Both the position numbers and the translations under genes were made by a program. The notes under the pieces are model-generated. The model saw only the letters and a list, made by a program, of their open reading frames with translations, did no database searches and had not been told where the DNA came from. Positions 38,507 through 52,000 of a stretch of 64,000 nucleotides of DNA are shown here, piece after piece. Source of the stretch: Setoptus koraiensis (lineage: Eukaryota > Animalia > Arthropoda). The stretch is taken from the NCBI GenBank assembly GCA_048013815.1, contig CM106586.1, forward strand, positions 6,262,001-6,326,000, read 5' to 3'. Each line of letters opens with the position of its first letter. Positions within the stretch are counted from its first letter, which is position 1.

Positions 38507-39642
38507 TGTTTGTCAGCCGGCCGTCGGACAGTTCGATGTCTAACTGACCGACATCTGGCCGTTGCTGCTGGCTGGCACCGAAGAGCGGCAGTTGCTCTCG
38601 TTTCGTAGCAACATTTGATCAGCACACACACATCCTGCGATCACATGATGATGCAACTCTATAAACAACAACAACAACAACAACAAAGAAGATAAATGAT
38701 GAAAATATTCAAAAATTGGCCACTCACTTTACGCAATAATTAATAGCACTTGTTGCCCATTCACCCGGATATCACACCTGATGCCAACTGTTGCCGTTGT
38801 TGGGCCCGTCTCCAGTTTGCCCTCGTCCGCTCTCGTCGCTGGCCGTCGCTGGCCCGGCGAACGGTCGGCCGAAATCAAGATCGCCGCTCGCTCGCTTTGG
38901 CAACCAACTGAGATGCTCGTTGGAATTCGCAAGTGTTTTTTCTGCGCCGTGTTGCGCTCAAATTCAATCTAAATTGAAATAAATTTCAGCGATCGCATGA
39001 GCCGGCAAGTGCAAGTGAGAGCGGCTCTCTCAACAACTGACCGCCTAATTTGTATTCAGTGTGAGAATTGTATAAACGTATCAGCCTAGGTATAAATCTA
39101 TAAATGTGCTGCCGCCGCAAACAACAACATGCTGTTAGGGGCGAGTGTGCAGTAGATGCATCAACTGTATCATGCGGTTGTTTTTCTCCTCACCTGTCGC
39201 GATTCGCGAATAGTGTGGGCTTGTTTGTTTGCTGGACGGTCGGTCGTTCGGACGTTCGGACGTTCGGACGTTCGGTCGTTCGGACGGTCGGACGGTCGGG
39301 CGGCTGCAGCGCCGGACAGATGCACGGCCGAGTCGTGTCACTTATGTGTGCCCACACGACAGTAGATTATAGTAGATTAATTAGTTAGTTACAACAGGTA
39401 CGCAAATGCAAATGCTGCTTGCCAAACTGTGGGCACCTCTCTGCCCACAGCCCGGCCAACGGTGAGTAGAGACACAAACAAAAAGCAAAAAAGAATGACA
39501 CGAGCAGTATCATTTATTGCAACACATACAATTGTTGCTATCATGTAACGTCCCATTGACGGCCGGTCGAGCTGTCAGTTTAGTGAAAACTTTTTGCCAG
39601 ACATTGCTGGACACAACAATAGCACAACCACAACAACAGCAC

Positions 39643-39698
<56 letters not shown>

Positions 39699-42600
39699 GC
39701 AGCAACAAGAACAACATCAGCATGAGCGGCGAAAAGATGTCTCAATCATAATTACCATTATGTATTATGGATAATATAATATTGTGTGTATGGCACACAA
39801 CAATAATGAGAGCAACAGCAACAATTATTCATTAACTTGAATTGTTGCATTGTCGGCAACAGTGGCGAGTGATTGTGTGTTGCCCAATGTGAGCTGCTGG
39901 CAACCGGCAACCAGCAACGCATATCATACTCACAATGACAGGTGAGTTACCTGGTAGTGGCCGCCCACGCATCACACGACAGCATCGCAAGCAAACTAGA
40001 TCATGATTGATCTGCGCCCGTTCTTGGTATTCTTATTCTTACAATTGTGCATTCTTGCACTATTGTATAATCATCTTACATTGATTGCGCTGCATCTATT
40101 TACAGGTAAAAATTATTAGGCAATTATTAAGCAAATTATTATTGCACAATGTAACTAAGTTCGGGCCAACTAGCACCAGCTAACATACTCACATAACACA
40201 TGGCTGTTGGCAGCATCTCGCATTAGTGCTGGGCATCTGCTTGTTGCATTGAACTGCCAACCAAATATGCAATTGTTATTCAAAATAAATTACACTAAAA
40301 TCGCCGCTCGTCATCTCGTGTGAGCAAATCCCCGATCCAATTAATTAAACATTTAATAATTGAATGCGACTTGGGAATGCGTGTGTCCCCGATCGCATTG
40401 ATTGAGATATATTATCGTCATAAGCAGTTTCTCTGCGAACATTGTTGAGTCAACAATGTTCACAGTTGCCCAACAAACTAGCAAGCGAGCCAGCGAACAA
40501 ACAAACTAGCGACTAACTAACCAACTGGCAGCTTGATTGGCAAGTGTGCCTCATGTTGATTTCAATGAATCCCCATATCCGTATGTTGATCTGTTGTTCT
40601 GAGAATTCTTTGGGCGACTTGAAACTTCAACACACACACACACGCACACAGCTTGAGATAAACACAGGGCAAAGTTACGTATTATTAACACAATTCGAGC
40701 TAAATTGCTTTGGTTTTCTTTTTCACTTTGATCCAGTTTAATTAAGCCTTGCCCACGCCAGTTTTTGGTCACCATCACCGGTGAGTGAGCAGCTATTGTG
40801 TGTTTGGTCGCCCACTTGCCCACTTGCCCACTTGCCCACTTGGCCACTTGCGCCCAACAAACGATCGCACAACCACCACCAAACTGACCTCTGATTGATG
40901 TCTCTAGATGATGCAATCATTTTAAGTAAGTTTAGATTAGTTTTGATCAAGTCACTTTTTGTTGTTGTCTGTTTTGTATGTGCTGGCATGATATTGTGAT
41001 GCGATAATCGCACAAGATCACTGGCGCGCTTATATTTACTAGGTAGCTAAATGTATTAAATGTAACAATGACCACTTGCTCTCGTCGTCATTTCTATCCA
41101 TTTTTTATTTTTATTTTTATTTTTGTCTAACGAGATACGAGTGACACATCAATCATCAATTAATGCCCACAACAACACACAATGCAATGCAATCAAGACT
41201 GATAATCCAAACGCATGCATAAAAGGTGTTCGTTACAAATCACAATCTGGATACAATTGTTGTTGCAACAGTTGCAATTATTTAATTGGCACGCGCAACC
41301 AGCCGGCAAGTAAACAAGCTGATTGTGTTGTTGCCCCCACAAATTTGTGGGCTTACATTACATTGCTCATGTTGTTGTTGTTACGCAACATTTTGTGACA
41401 ACAGGCAACACGCAAGCGCCAGTCAGCGAGTCATGACAAGCTAATGAGCTGGTTGCGCCAACTAATGAGCGCGAATTAATTAATCAACAATTAATGATTG
41501 ATGACCATCACGATCACTGATTATATTGACAAGATTGGCACACGAGGCACCGGCCGGTCGCTTGTGAGCGACACAAACACATAGTTCAATGCCTTCAATA
41601 GTTTCGAGTCTTGGCGTTGCCAGTTTATGGCGTCTATTTTGGGCTTGTGTCTCATTGCATTGGACGATGCGTCCTGTGATGGCGGCTGAGATGCAGGCTG
41701 TCGTGCGATGTTGCCTTGTGATGGCGAGTGTGAGAAATCAATCATGCAATCAATCGAGTCGAGAGTGGCGAGTCGATGCTCTGTGGCCAGCGACAGGCCA
41801 TTAGCCGTCAGAGAGGAAGCGTTAATTCGAGGTGCACGATCGTCTCTTGTGCAAGCTGTGCGAAGGCTTCTCTTTGGCAAGGTGTAAAGGCCATTGTAAC
41901 CATTTGACCATTGCACCATTTACATTGAGCTCATGAGTGAAAAGAATTGATATATCGGCAACACGAACTGTTGCGCAACTCTGGCCCGCTGTTGCCGCAA
42001 TCGCAGCTCAAGCTGGATACTTTGCACGGTTGCAAGCCGATATTTTGCTGTGCGTTTGCGGTCGCTCAACATCTCGCACAATATCTCTCTGAATATCTCT
42101 CTGAATATCTGCGTGTTGCGCATCTCTGATATCTCTGGCGGCCAGAGTGTGGCCGGTTGCTTGTGCTGGTTGGCGCGACGACTCGAACGGTTGCGCAGTG
42201 TCGGCCGGCGAGAATCGGCGAGCTGGCAAGGGCCAGCGGCGGCCAGAAGCGAGCGACCAGAGCATGCATATTCATAACTTTGTCGGGCGAGCAACAAACT
42301 AATTAAAGTCAGCATCACTTAAGTTGCGAGTGTGTGTGCGTGTGCACCAGCGACACTGTCTATATTTTGGTCTCAGACTCACAAACTCGCTTATGCTTCG
42401 CATAACTGTCTTGCCAGTCGCTCTCACTGTTCGTTGTGTTATGTAACTTACATAACACATAGCGATTACATAACACACAAAGCAACTGTGCCTAATGGCA
42501 ACGACCTTCTTTTTTCTTTTTTCTTTTTTCCTCTTCTTCTTTGTTGTTTATTCTCTCGCTATTCTCGCCACTCTCGCCGTTGTTGGCTCAATGCGTCTGT

Positions 42601-44548
42601 TTGTGCCTTGTGGCCAACGAGAAACACAAGCTGTGGGAACAACACACACAACAGCTGACTGAACTTTGCGATGAAGACACAAACATTTGCCATCTCATCA
42701 TCTAATGGTCAGCTGGCACAAGTTGCGCAATCGCCATCGCACTTGCATCGCTTTGTTTGCGCCATATTGCTTGCACCAAAATCTCAGTCACTAACATTAT
42801 GTAATGGCTGCATGTTTTAATGGACGCATATTGCAGTGCATGCATGCCACAATAGATGCACTCCGCAATGCATTTATGTCGGCGAGTGAGAACGGATGGT
42901 CGCTCTAATGGATGGTGGGCCAACAACCGCACACATGCCGTTGCTGCAACTTGTGCTCTAACGGTTCTGGCCTGGCGCTGTCACTTTGGCTTGTGCTCAT
43001 TAGTTGCACTTGCACTTTTGTCAGGCACTTTTGTCACTTTTGTCCCTTATGTCAGTTTTGTCACTTTTGTCACTTTTGTCAGTGTGTGAGTGGACAGGAC
43101 GCAACGGCGGCGCACAGTGTGCGATATTGTTGCGGCCCCAAACAAACAAAAACAGCCCACAACAATAACACTTGTCAGCTGTCTTGCACACCGTTGCATA
43201 TTCAACAAACATTCACACATGTTACCGGTGCCGGCGCTATCATACCGCCGGCACCGGTATTTGACAGCGGCACATTGACAGCGATGCATCGACAGCGGTG
43301 CATCGACAGCGGCATGTTGACAGTATTTACATAGCACCGACAAGTTTAGGTAGACGCCGAAAAAGTCACTCTCACTTTCATTACTAACTTACTGCGCCGC
43401 CGTTCACCTGTCGTCGTTCACCTGTCGTCGTTCACCTGTTGCTGTTGGCCTGTTGCTGCGGCTGCAACAAGTGCCAAGCTAATGATCTTGTGTGTGCCGA
43501 CGCTAATGAAAGCCGCTGCCCGTTTGTTGCTATTTTAACCAACCAACCAACTAACGGTGAGTGTGTGTGCTGGGCAATTGTTGTTGATTTGCGTGATAAT
43601 AGCGCCTGTGTGGCGACCGTCTCATGACGGCAACAAGCCGCCACATTACGTAACGTGGGCACAAACGTTATTTGTTTGTTTGCTTGTTTTGAGTTTGCTT
43701 TGAGCTGGTTATTAGTGTATTATTAGTGGCGATGATAGCCACACATCACAACTCGCCACTTGGCCGGCCGACTGTCGACTGTCGACTGCTGACTGTCGAC
43801 TGTCGACTGCTGACTGTCGGCGTCTAACCAGCTCAACTGCACAATCACTCACTGACAGTCGACACTCTGAGACCGGGCAACTCTGACTTGTGAGACGGAT
43901 TTAGTTTGATTATTTTTATTCCATAATATTTCAAAACATTTCAAATATAGTTCACAACACACACACACACACACATAACTGTCTGTGTGTGACTTGTTTA
44001 CCAACTGTCTAACCAACTAACTCACTTATAACTCATAAGTTATAAGTTGTGAGTCTCGACTGGCATGCACACACAACTATCTCATATCTACGCCATACTC
44101 ACTGAGTGTAATCAAACATGATATACACACACACTAATGGATAGCTAATGGTAATAAGAGTTTACGTAAACTTGTTGTTTGTGCTGATGATAATTAACCA
44201 TAATCATCATGTTGTCTATATAACAGTTATAACAGTTATAACAGTTATAGCGCTCTCAGTTTTTAACCGATCTGTGCCCGCTAGCCCAATTTGGATGAAC
44301 AGGCCAAGCCAAATGATGCGCTCGCTCACCTGGGCTCTCCCATCTCACTTGTCCCATCTCACTTGTGAGTCGCAATTGGCTCACCACAGCCAACTGACAA
44401 CTGTCAGCCCATTCGCAACAACTGTCAGCTGACAGTAGATACAAGTGTCTCCATTTAGCATCGTCGATATTTTAGACAATATTTTAGATATAATTTCGTC
44501 GAGATAATATCCAGAGGCCGTTGTGTTGAATTGCCGCTGTCCATGCTA

Positions 44549-44623
44549 CCATATTCACGCCATATTCACGCCATATTCACGCCATATTCACGCCATACTC
44601 ACGCCATACTCACGCCATACTCA
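44549..44623. repeat. 11-bp minisatellite (ccatattcacg x4, ccatactcacg x3)
   Basis: Direct reading. Confidence 0.9.
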
Positions 44624-47544
44624 TGTCCGTGCTGCCACATGTGAAACGCAGCAGTCGCAACAGGTAAACTGACTGGACAACCTGAGACGAGATAGCGCAG
44701 CAAATGCTAATGGCAAAAATGGCAAAGCTAACGAAATAATTTGCTTTGGTGCTATTTATGAATAGTGATGCGTGCCAGCTCACAATCAGTCGGTTGCTTG
44801 TCAGTGTCAGCTGTTGAGTCAGTGGACGAAATGGTGCAAATGGCAAACGGTGCTTGTCTGTCACAATGGCAACAAGATTATAGCAACTATGTCAACATTG
44901 CAATTGCATTGTTGCTAAATTAATATTAAAATGCGATTGGCGCTTGCAATTGGGCGCAAAATAAATACAAATTGAAAGCATTTTGGAACAAAACAATGCA
45001 CACATTAATCATATCATGACACACACATGAAAGTGACTCCACACGAAATGTTGTTGTCGCTCGGCGTGCCCGTTAAACAAGTTGTATGATGCAACAAGCA
45101 ATGACATTGTCGCGCATCGCCTTATGTTGACTGGTATGATAAGTATGTTAATTATGATGCAACTACGCAACAGGTAGCTGACTAACTGGCTAACAGGTGC
45201 AGCGAGGAACATCTGTAAAGGTCATCTGTAAATGTGTGCGTTGTAACTTATGCCAAGCAGACTGCATCGTGCGCTTATGTGGTGCGTGTATCAATGGCAT
45301 TAATGGCTGCACCATCGATCGATAGAATGCACCAATGAGGTTACATTTGAAGTTACATTGTTCACGACAACGACAACGACAACAACAGCAGCAACAGCAA
45401 CAACAGCAACAACTGCACCGCCAACGACAGACCGGCAACAAGTGTTGTGCGACAAACAACAACCAGTGGATATAACTGACGTGCATCGACACACACGCAA
45501 GCCGCTCGTTACCTGTGGCATCGAGGTGTGAGCTGTGCTCAACAGCTAGCGGCAACACTCACCTGTCAGTTGTGTGCCTATCGATTGGCTATCGGTTGTT
45601 GCGAATAGCAACTTGTGAATCGCAAGTGAGCGAACAATCTTCACAAGTTGTTTGTTGTTATCAACTGTGCCAGTTAGATATTATTGCAACAGCCATCATT
45701 GATGATTGCTACGCAAAGCCAAATGGCATAACATATAAGTGATATAAATATAAGTGCATTGCGTGCTAATTCGATAGCTGTCCGCATCAGTTGGTCATCT
45801 AATTGTCACGCTGGTCACCTGCAATCACAGCTGACACACCCGGCAGCGCTGACAACGCTGACATCGCTGACACTGCTGACACTGTTGAATGAGTCAGCCG
45901 TGAGCAACAGTCAAACGTAACAATGACAGTTGTCAACAGTTGTCAAATGCAACAAGCAAACACACACACAATTATTAATAAAACATGCATTACATAATAC
46001 ACAATGATCAATGAGTAATGAGCAGTGTGGCCTCATGCGCACCTGCCAAGCACAACAAGCACAACAAGCACAACAAGCACAACAAGCTAGGCGCGTTGAT
46101 ATCGTGTGTAGTCATCGTATATCACATGCGCTATAGTGCATATAATACATATTACATAATACACTGTATGGTATGATGATGGTATGGTAGTACGACGATA
46201 TCAAGTAGCCAGTGAAACTGTGCCGATTGGAGTCTGTTCAGTGGCTCGTGCGATATCGCACACTGGTGAATACGAGCAGCACATATTTGCATTTGTTATA
46301 CATACTCGACATATAACTTATATGATATAAGTGATAGTGGGTAGTACATGTGTTGACCGTATGCCGGCGACAATTTCCATCAATTAGTTTGTCGGTGCGC
46401 ACATAGTGGCGTGGTTGTTGTCGTTGCGTCGGGCACATAGAGCACAATTGAGCGCAAACGAGCACTATAGCGCCCTTGTTGTTGTTGTTGTTGTTGTTGT
46501 TGTTGGTTGGTGCGCGAGCTTTAGTTTGTTATGCTTGCATAATAACAAACTAAACTAGTAGCATAGTCGCAGATTGTCTATGAGAGATAGATGGCGCACA
46601 AGGCGACAAATGCAGTTGTGTGTGCCAACTAAACTTGTAAACTGTCTGGCCTAGCGCAGTTTGGCTGTTAGCTGGCAACTGGCAGCAACTCACAACAAGC
46701 ACACACACATCACTTACATTTGCAAGTTAGTTATGTAATAATAGTAATGATGATGAGCCCACGCATTAAGCTGGCTAGATTAGCTGCCAGACGCAACACG
46801 GCTTGTTGTTGGTGTGTCGGTGGTTGGCATGCCAACGGCGAGCCAGCCATGAATAAGAGTGCACTACATACGCCGCTGCTGCTGCCGTTGCTGTTGCTGC
46901 GTAGTGTTTGTATGCGCCATAGTAATGGATATACCGGTGCTGTGATCATATGTTGCCGACTTGCGATATTCTCTCCACATTTCGCCCTTCTTTTCGCCCT
47001 CTCATCAGCGCTCTTCTGCGCCAAGAGGCTTCTTTCGCTTCTCTCGCTTCTCTCGCTTCTCTGGCTTCGCTGGCTTCTCTGGCTTCGCTCGCCCCGTTCG
47101 CTTGTTGGCTCGCCGTTCGCTGGCTCGCCGTCGAATGGTCGGCTCGCTTGTGGTTTGCGCATCTGGCTTGCGAGCAGCCGAGACAGGAACAGCCAAGAGC
47201 AGCCAAAGGCAGACAGAAGAAGCCAAGCCAGCGCCGACGAGAGTTGATTAGCGCACCACAAGTGCGCAAGTTGCTCGCTCGCTCTCTAACGTAACTGGCA
47301 ACTTTGCCATTATGTAACTCACATATGGCTGCCAGCGAGTGTGGGGGCGAGCACGGGGCCACAAAGTGCGCAGCACAGCAAACCAGCCATTAGCTTGTTG
47401 CGCATAGCTAGAGGGGACACTAGATCAACTGTTAGCTGCACTGTGGGCAGACAGTAATGGATAGACGGCAACGGCAACGGCAACAGTGAGAGCTGGCTTG
47501 CATTAGCAAAAGTTTATCTTGTCCTAATGCCGCTGTTATTACAT

Positions 47545-47742
47545 AATATTCACATAATATTCACGCAATATTCACGCAATATTCACCTAATATTCACTCG
47601 ATATCCACATAGTGTTCAATTGATGTTCGCATAATATTTGCACAACATTCGCACAATATTCGCACAATATCCACACAATATTCACGCAATATCCACACAA
47701 TATTCACGCAATATCCACACAGTATTCACATTATATTCACAT
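47545..47742. repeat. Degenerate 11-bp minisatellite (aatattcacgc consensus) x18
   Basis: Strict 11-bp register over 198 bp despite many substitutions. Confidence 0.88.
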
Positions 47743-49000
47743 GAAATTCGCTGCTCGTCTAGCTTGGGTCTGCTGCTGAGACTCAATGTCTCAATGTGTG
47801 CCAATGTGTGCAAATGTCTGACAATTTGCGCTCGCTGTTAGTGCCACTCGTATATCCAGATATAAACATTGCAGCCTCCAGATAATATCGCTACTCGCAT
47901 GGCCTCATTGCAAGCCAATACGAGCCATTGCGTGGTAACACAAACAACACAACGACACACAGCAAAACAACAGCAACAGCAACAGCAACAACAACAACAA
48001 CAACAAAGACGAATTATTATTACACAACAGCACACATTATAATATCTCAGAGTAATAATAATTGGCATTGGATCTCCGATAATTTGCATTATTATTAGAT
48101 TATTTGCACACATTCACTATACTGGAAACACACGAATTACGCGTGAGAGAGGAGAGATTTTCGAGATTTCAGAGACGCGATTTGCAGCAAATGATTGAAA
48201 CTTGTCGGCACTTGCAGCAATTGAAGCCAAGCAACACGCGTCGTGGTCATTGCGTCGTGTTCAGCATCTAGTTTTAGTCAGTATTTAGTTCAACTCAATT
48301 AGCATCAGTATCAATTAATACGCAACAGTGTTAGCCAGTGTCTAGTCAGCAAGCACGCGCCACAAATCAATTCAAATATTTCGAATTATTCCATTCGGTT
48401 CGATTGAAATATCTCATTACGCAACAATCGTATTAATCAACAATCAGCAACTAGTTTATTTATTTATCCACAGATATCCGCAGACGGATATACGCAGACA
48501 GATATACGCAGACTGATATCAACAGACGTCCACAGATAGCCGCTAAAGCAGATATCCATAGATTGGTTGGCTGCACCTATCGAGAAGAATCGATTCTACG
48601 AATCATTTGGCATCATTTGAGCATCGCATCGAAAAATATCGCCAATCGCGCCGAATAGCCCAGACAGCAGCGGTCAAGTTGAAAACAACAATCAACAATC
48701 AGCAGCGAGCAACAGATTGTCGAATTCGACACACTGACCAGTTAATCATAAAAATCATTTTGTGTGTCACAAAATCATGCTCACGTTAAGTCATCGCATT
48801 ATTGTTACAAATCATCAATCAATACTAATTAAATGTAGTAATTATCTAATATCGAATTGTAGTGCTAGCTGTAGAAGAACAAAAAGAATTGTCAATGGTT
48901 AATTAACGAACGATACAATTCAAATATTCGCTAGGAAAAAACCACACAAACACACACACACACACACAAAAGAGGCTGCCAGTTGAGTGATTAGTTAAAG

Positions 49001-52000
49001 ATGCATAATAAGGAACTGTCAAGATCGCCGATATTATCTAACAATAACAATCACAACAAAGATGCCACTAAAGTACAGCAACAACAACAGCAGCAGAGCA
49101 ACAATGTCGCCGGTGCACTAGTTTATACACCAGCAACAAACAACAACAACAAACGAATAAACAACACTACCAACAGCAACAGCAACAACAAAACAACGGT
49201 CAATGACAAAGCTAGCATCGACGGTGACAACCAAGATACGTCGTCATCGTCTTGCCAGTCATCTACGTTATCTGCGTTCTCTCATTCAACATCGTCGTCG
49301 TTATCATCAATATCGTCCACTTGTTCGCCGACATTAGCCAATGTTGGCTCTTCCTTATTGCCTGTTGCTGCTTCCACATTATCAAATAATATCACAGCCA
49401 ACACCGACACTAACAAAAGCACCGGCAATCTACATTCAGACGCTATTATCCAGTCATCGCCGGGCTTAACAACAACAGCGACAGCAACAACAACAACAAC
49501 AACAACAACACACAACAAGCCAAAGAATATTATTGAAAATGAAATAAATTATGACCAAAACAACATTCAACTTAATGGCAGCAATAACAATGCTCATGAT
49601 AATGGCGTCAGTGGTTATGATGATAGTGCCGCCGTTGCTATTGATGGCAAAGATAAAATAATATTAACAACTACCACAGGCAACCACACAAATGAACAAG
49701 ACGACAATGAAGACAATAATGATGATCATGATGGCGATCGTTATGTGAATAAAATGACTAAGAATAATGGCGTAAGTGAAACCATCACAGGCACAAATTC
49801 AGCAGCAACGGCAAAGACAACAACAGGTGCCATAACAATGATAAACAATGACATGCCAAATACGGCACAGGTAACAGATAATAAAATAATGATGAGAGAA
49901 AGTTACGGAATTGACATGGAACAACAAGACGATGCAAACAATGCAAACAACAACAACAACAACAACAACAGCGGCACCAATGACACTGTTAAACAACAGC
50001 AAACGGTCAACGATATATCAACACAAATACAGATACAGCAACAGTCAGATATTAATAATGGTCAATCAAACAATCACAATTCGAGTGATGATATGATGCA
50101 AACGTCGGAATCGTCGTACCATCAACTCGATTCCTCCTGTTCGACACAAAAGCTTGACGAAGCCTCGTCGCAGCAGCAGCAACAACAACAACAACAGCGG
50201 CTTTCCGCAACGGAATCAAGTGGCGACTCCGCTCAGCAACTAGAACATTATCACAATCAGGCATTGTTGATTCAACAACAACAACAACAACAACACCAGC
50301 AGCAGCACCATCAGCATCACCACCACCATCAACAACAACATCATCATAATCATCATCAGCATCATCACCAGCAACAACAACACCAGCAGCAGCAACAGTA
50401 TCATCATTATCAGCAACAGCAATACCATCACCAGCAACAAACAAACAACGTACACGCCTCGGCCGATTATCTGTCGCAATTAATTAAGGACAAAAAACAA
50501 TTGGCTGCCTTCCCTGCCGTTTTTCTGCACGTACAACGACTGATAGACGAAGGTGAGTACAACTAGACAATTAAATTTGCAATAATTACCAATTAATTAA
50601 TTACCATAGCTAATACTTAATAAAATTTAATGAAACTAAATTGTATTTTAAATTTAAACTGATCAATCGACTGTTTGTCTGGCATGAAACACGCTTTGTG
50701 AATAGAAATTCACAAAGTCCGACAGACCCTTTTTCAAATAAATGGAGTGGCCAGCTCACGACCGATGGAGTTGCCCGAGGCAGAGGGTCCAGTGATTGCG
50801 TTGCAAGAGAAGGTTTATGTTCCTATTGGAGAGCATCCTGAATATAATTTCGTCGGCCGTCTCCTTGGACCTAGAGGAATGACAGCAAAACAATTAGAAC
50901 AGGAGACAGGTTGTAAAGTGATGATCAGAGGAAGAGGCTCTATGAGAGACAAGAAAAAAGAGGAACAGAATAGAGGAAAGGCCAATTGGGAACATTTAAA
51001 TGATGATCTACATGTGTTGATAACAGTCGAAGATACTCAAAACAGAGCAAACATAAAATTGCAACGCGCCGTTGAAGAAGTCAAACAATTGTTGGTGCCC
51101 ATCGTAAGTAACAGTCGATCTTTTGCATTCTTTTCTTTTTTGCCAGCATATCCACATTGATGGGCGCATAGTTTGTCGAGCTGCAGATAATTGAGCCACA
51201 CACAAAGACAGGGTCGTATGTAGACCGTTGTATGGCGATAATATTGCATTTGTATGTATATAATATTGTTGTTGTGCCGCGGACAAACAGGCAGAGAGTC
51301 ACAAAACACATTGAGACGATTCTTGTAATTAGTTGCAATTAGTTGTTGCTGTTGTTAGCTTGTTTGCTCTGTCAGCATCAACTGTCACAAATATCACGCA
51401 AGTTTGTTTGTTAAACGGTTGTTGTTGCAGCCATTGAGCCTATAAAGAGAAAAAGTCAATCAGCAATTAGCAAGCTGAACAATTAGCAATTTTATTAGAG
51501 GAATTTGACGAACAATCAGATGAGTTAATTAGTTAAGTAGGTCGAAATACCGACTCGGATGCCACCAGAGTCTAGTCACCAGAGTCTAGTCACCAGAGTC
51601 TAGTCACCAGAGTCTAGTCACCAGAGTCTAGTCACCAGAGTCTAGTCACCAGAGTCTAGTGACTAGACTAGAGGAGACTAGTTGCGCCACCTGTGGCCAA
51701 CATATCGCACGCTAAACACAATATCGACTATAGGTGCTAATTTGTGAATTTGTTATGCAAATTAGATAAAAGAATATGAATGTCTGGCCTCAATATTGCA
51801 TGCATGAACAATTGTCAATCATTGACGATCAACAATAGATCAGCTGACAGAATGATGTTGTGCCAACAAGATCGATTATCAGTGATTGTTGTGCAATTAA
51901 TTAGTCTGCGAATGAGAGCCATTGAAGCGAAATAGCGGTAACATCGGATCTGTGGTTGTTGTTGTTGCTTGGTTAGTTCATCTACAAGGCGAGTTATTGG

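Noticed and set aside
37000-48000. Many 60-180 aa ORFs (e.g. 46720..47261, 42912..43334, 38308..38631)
   Set aside because: They are open in several frames and both strands because of stop-free microsatellites; no domain or consistent splice logic.
51563-51660. Regular repeats that could be mistaken for a CRISPR array
   Set aside because: Head-to-tail units with no spacers, no cas genes, eukaryotic intron context.
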